Virus record (IMG/VR): IMGVR_UViG_3300018080_000203 | Coordinates: 1-58,921 of that record | Strand: one strand, 5' to 3' | From: a virus | Taxonomy: Duplodnaviria; Caudoviricetes | Length of the DNA stretch: 58,921 nt | Shown here: one piece after another, positions 56,597 through 58,921 of the stretch | Layout: each line of letters starts with the position of its first letter | Numbering within the stretch: the first letter of the stretch is position 1 | Notes under the pieces: model-generated | Told to the model about the DNA's origin: nothing | Seen by the model: only the letters and a program-made list of their open reading frames with translations | Database searches by the model: none | Position numbers and translations under genes: made by a program

Positions 56597-56850
56597 ACTC
56601 CTTTATACTCCTTCGTCTTAATAGCTTTTATCGTCTCATCAATCTTCCAAACCTCAGCAATCCTCATAGCACAATCGGCATACAGACCAATCAAGCCACT
56701 AACCGTAACGGCAGCAGAACGCCACATTTTCATCTCTATTGCTGTTTGAAACCGCGAGGCAGCCTCTTTTGCTTTTATTGATGAGTATTCTAACTTGTTC
56801 CTGCAAAGATCCAGCTCTGCAACGAGCTGTTTTATACGTTTCTCGTCCAT
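56593..56850 (-). CDS. hypothetical protein
   Basis: start MDEKR after GGAGGGAG. Confidence 0.55.
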   Translation of the reverse strand: MDEKRIKQLVAELDLCRNKLEYSSIKAKEAASRFQTAIEMKMWRSAAVTVSGLIGLYADCAMRIAEVWKIDETIKAIKTKEYKGV

Positions 56851-56904
56851 GTCTCCCTCCACATACGGCAAAAAAACAATCCACTCCTTACAGAATATCT
56901 ATTG

Positions 56905-57372
56905 TCAATCCTCCAAAATATCCACAGTGTTTGCTATAATCCTCACGAGTTGTGGACTTAGATTGAATCGCTTGCGATTGTGCTCCAAAGAATCAAGGCA
57001 ATGCCCTCCAGCTCTTCTCGACGAAATAATCCAATCACAAACCATTTCAACAAGATCCACTAGCGTCATGCCATCAACGCCATTATCGTAATGTTCAGGA
57101 TGATGACGATTGTTCTCGTAATGATGTTTGAGAGCCGTCCCCATCTGAACAAGAGCGCTCTTGTATTCTTCCGAGCCATATTCCATCTGCTTGAGCTTTG
57201 GCCCCCATTCAGCAAAAAGATCGAGCTCAGGCTGTTCGAGCTTCGAGGCATCATGGTTATGCGCTCGTTGACCTATCTTTTTTGCCACGCTGTACATGAG
57301 AGACTCGACTTCTTTGATGTGACTCTCGATGTTACTTATGGCAGCATTGCGCGTCGCTTCATCTATCGGCAT
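56905..57372 (-). CDS. HD-domain protein (DUF5662-like)
   Basis: H..., HD.SK, HHY..NRHHPEHY, DL.EM.CDW. Confidence 0.8.
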   Translation of the reverse strand: MPIDEATRNAAISNIESHIKEVESLMYSVAKKIGQRAHNHDASKLEQPELDLFAEWGPKLKQMEYGSEEYKSALVQMGTALKHHYENNRHHPEHYDNGVDGMTLVDLVEMVCDWIISSRRAGGHCLDSLEHNRKRFNLSPQLVRIIANTVDILED

Positions 57373-57637
57373 CTAATACCTCCCTTGTGTCATCTGGTTC
57401 GTTGGACTTCGAAGCAATTACACCACCGTCGCTCGATATAATGACGGTGATCCGATGCCCACTTCGAGTCCACAAACAATGCCTTATACCAGGACCATTG
57501 AGCACCCCTCGACCCTTGCTTGTGTCCACTTCTGTGAGCCCACAAAACATTCTCGAAATCGGTGGCACCATAGCCATAAGAGCATCCACTTGTTTTTTAG
57601 TAACCGGCTCGATTTTCTTGATCGTATCCTCGCTCAT
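57359..57637 (-). CDS. hypothetical protein
   Basis: AAGGAG SD. Confidence 0.6.
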   Translation of the reverse strand: MSEDTIKKIEPVTKKQVDALMAMVPPISRMFCGLTEVDTSKGRGVLNGPGIRHCLWTRSGHRITVIISSDGGVIASKSNEPDDTREVLDADR

Positions 57638-57779
57638 TTTGGCTCCTTATTATACTATAAGATAATCACGATTCACACAGAACAAGCAAAAATCAGCCTC
57701 ATGATCGAAACCTAACAAATACAACAACCTACAGCCAGAAAAAATTTTCTCTTCGCCTAGAGGGATTTTGAACTCAAAA

Positions 57780-57819
57780 ACCGTCTTGACAGACGCTCTG
57801 AAAAGTTTGTCAAGACGGT
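57780..57819. repeat. 12-bp perfect inverted repeat with 16-bp spacer
   Basis: ACCGTCTTGACA-N16-TGTCAAGACGGT; contains the TCTTGACAGACGCT motif. Confidence 0.8.
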
Positions 57820-57926
57820 CGTGTTGTTGGTTCAAAGAAAAAAGGATACGAGTTGCGAAATTCTTTTTTTTTGACCAAAGGAGGGGGCGATTTTTTGAAT
57901 TCTCAGCAACTCGCATCCTAATCCTT

Positions 57927-57954
57927 ATGTTATGTAACAATTTTCATTTGTCAA
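57927..57954 (-). promoter_or_regulatory. promoter TTGACA-N16-TAACAT
   Basis: minus strand; predicted start ~57920 at the base of hairpin 57843-57919. Confidence 0.55.
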
Positions 57955-57978
57955 GTTAGGTTGGTCAAAAATAACCAC

Positions 57979-58191
57979 TTATTCCAACTCCTCAACAAAC
58001 TTACACAACTCTTCCTCGGTAAAATCCTTCGTCCACGCCGAATCACGAAAGACATGACATGCAAAAGCAAATTTCGCCAACTCAACCCTTGTAGATTTCT
58101 CCTTGCACGCCGGCCACAAAATCCTAAGATCTGTCTCCCGCTGTGCTTGCCGATATCGTTTGAGCAACCACTTTAGAGTTTTTCTGATCAT
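57979..58191 (-). CDS. hypothetical protein
   Basis: start MIRKT; QR..DL.ILWP.C...A..AF..H...D.AW. Confidence 0.6.
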   Translation of the reverse strand: MIRKTLKWLLKRYRQAQRETDLRILWPACKEKSTRVELAKFAFACHVFRDSAWTKDFTEEELCKFVEELE

Positions 58192-58396
58192 CTTTTTGCT
58201 CCTGAAATGATTCGAGGAAGTACCATTCACACCAACCAATAGTACCATGATCGAACTCGATACGATATCTCATGCCACCTTCTGAACACTCTTCTGTTTC
58301 TAATACGCGCCCAACAACATCACTTCCAATAACGAAACGAGGCTGCATTCTTACACGCTCTCCGACTTCAAATGGATTATCTTTTGTTCCACTCAT
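58124..58396 (-). CDS. SH3-like hypothetical protein
   Basis: F.VG.RV...G.V....Y.I.F; overlaps the next gene. Confidence 0.5.
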   Translation of the reverse strand: MSGTKDNPFEVGERVRMQPRFVIGSDVVGRVLETEECSEGGMRYRIEFDHGTIGWCEWYFLESFQEQKDDQKNSKVVAQTISASTAGDRS

Positions 58397-58836
58397 TGAT
58401 CTGCCAGCTTGAATTTCGCGAACTTCATGGAATCTGAAGCCACAACAACCTCACCATCCCACCCGGCACCCTTGATGGTATCAATAATGTTCTCAATAAA
58501 ACTTTCATCACTACGAGCTATTGCCTGCATCTGAACTTCTGGAAACGTTACGATCAAGGCGTTTTCTATCGGCCCCTCTAATACCAATCCACCACCCTTA
58601 ACTCGCATTGTGTGCTCGTTCATAACACATTCGACAAGCTCGAAATTTTGACCATCGATACGACGACACAAAGCTGTCAAAGCTTGAGATTCTTGAAGCC
58701 GCCTGCCGCACTCTGAACACTTGAACCAGTCAGCAGGCATTGAACGATCATCAGTCTCACCAATCCTGTTTATATGACCCATATTGCAAACGCGATAACA
58801 AAATGTGTTTTCCATGACAATCACACCTCCTTTCAT
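58393..58836 (-). CDS. Zn-ribbon hypothetical protein
   Basis: C..GH...CSECG; likely start MENTF (58815) after GGAGG. Confidence 0.6.
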   Translation of the reverse strand: MKGGVIVMENTFCYRVCNMGHINRIGETDDRSMPADWFKCSECGRRLQESQALTALCRRIDGQNFELVECVMNEHTMRVKGGGLVLEGPIENALIVTFPEVQMQAIARSDESFIENIIDTIKGAGWDGEVVVASDSMKFAKFKLADQ

Positions 58837-58921
58837 GGTATCGAAACATCAAACACAAAATCTATTGGTTCTTTGCACGCTCCATCATATCGACAAAATG
58901 GTCTAGTCTTGAGTGAAAAGA

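Noticed and set aside
57650-57940. 96-aa minus-strand ORF
   Set aside because: Runs through homopolymer tracts and hairpins, no SD; better explained as non-coding.
1082-58176. Numerous plus-strand ORFs in the track (e.g. 8609..9457, 13436..14149, 36150..36824)
   Set aside because: Antisense shadows of well-supported minus-strand genes, with no SD or recognisable motifs.
1-58921. Stop-codon reassignment
   Set aside because: Long conserved genes are intact in the standard code and TAA, TAG and TGA all end tightly packed genes.

Overview
A 59-kb segment of a large, T4-like (contractile-tailed, gp20/gp21/gp23-type head) dsDNA bacteriophage, standard genetic code, nearly all genes on the minus strand. 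In transcription order (right to left): an early/accessory region of small ORFs (DUF5662-like HD protein, stand-alone PurH IMP-cyclohydrolase domain, dCMP deaminase, PD-(D/E)XK resolvase, XRE-HTH/sigma70-region-4 regulator, SLOG/DprA-like, S24/S26-like peptidase), Cas4-like nuclease + RuvC, terminase (one HNH intein), portal (two HNH inteins only 12 residues apart), core proteins, protease-scaffold fusion, major capsid protein, neck/tail-completion genes, free-standing LAGLIDADG and HNH endonucleases, tail sheath, two tail tubes and fibre/decoration genes. Most striking: (1) a tandem array of 7 small basic proteins sharing a conserved ~28-aa N-terminal leader ending in a gp21-type x-x-E|A site, fused to variable payloads, with two further leader classes and leader/payload shuffling; this looks like a modular capsid-cargo (internal protein) system; (2) a 137-nt stand-alone RNA with its own promoter and terminator that folds like the tRNA-like domain of tmRNA but lacks the mRNA-like domain; (3) an HNH gene that appears to have replaced the 3' end of a structural gene, leaving the old C-terminus stranded; (4) two dispersed DNA motifs in three copies each. 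All protein family calls are from motif recognition by eye; no searches were run.
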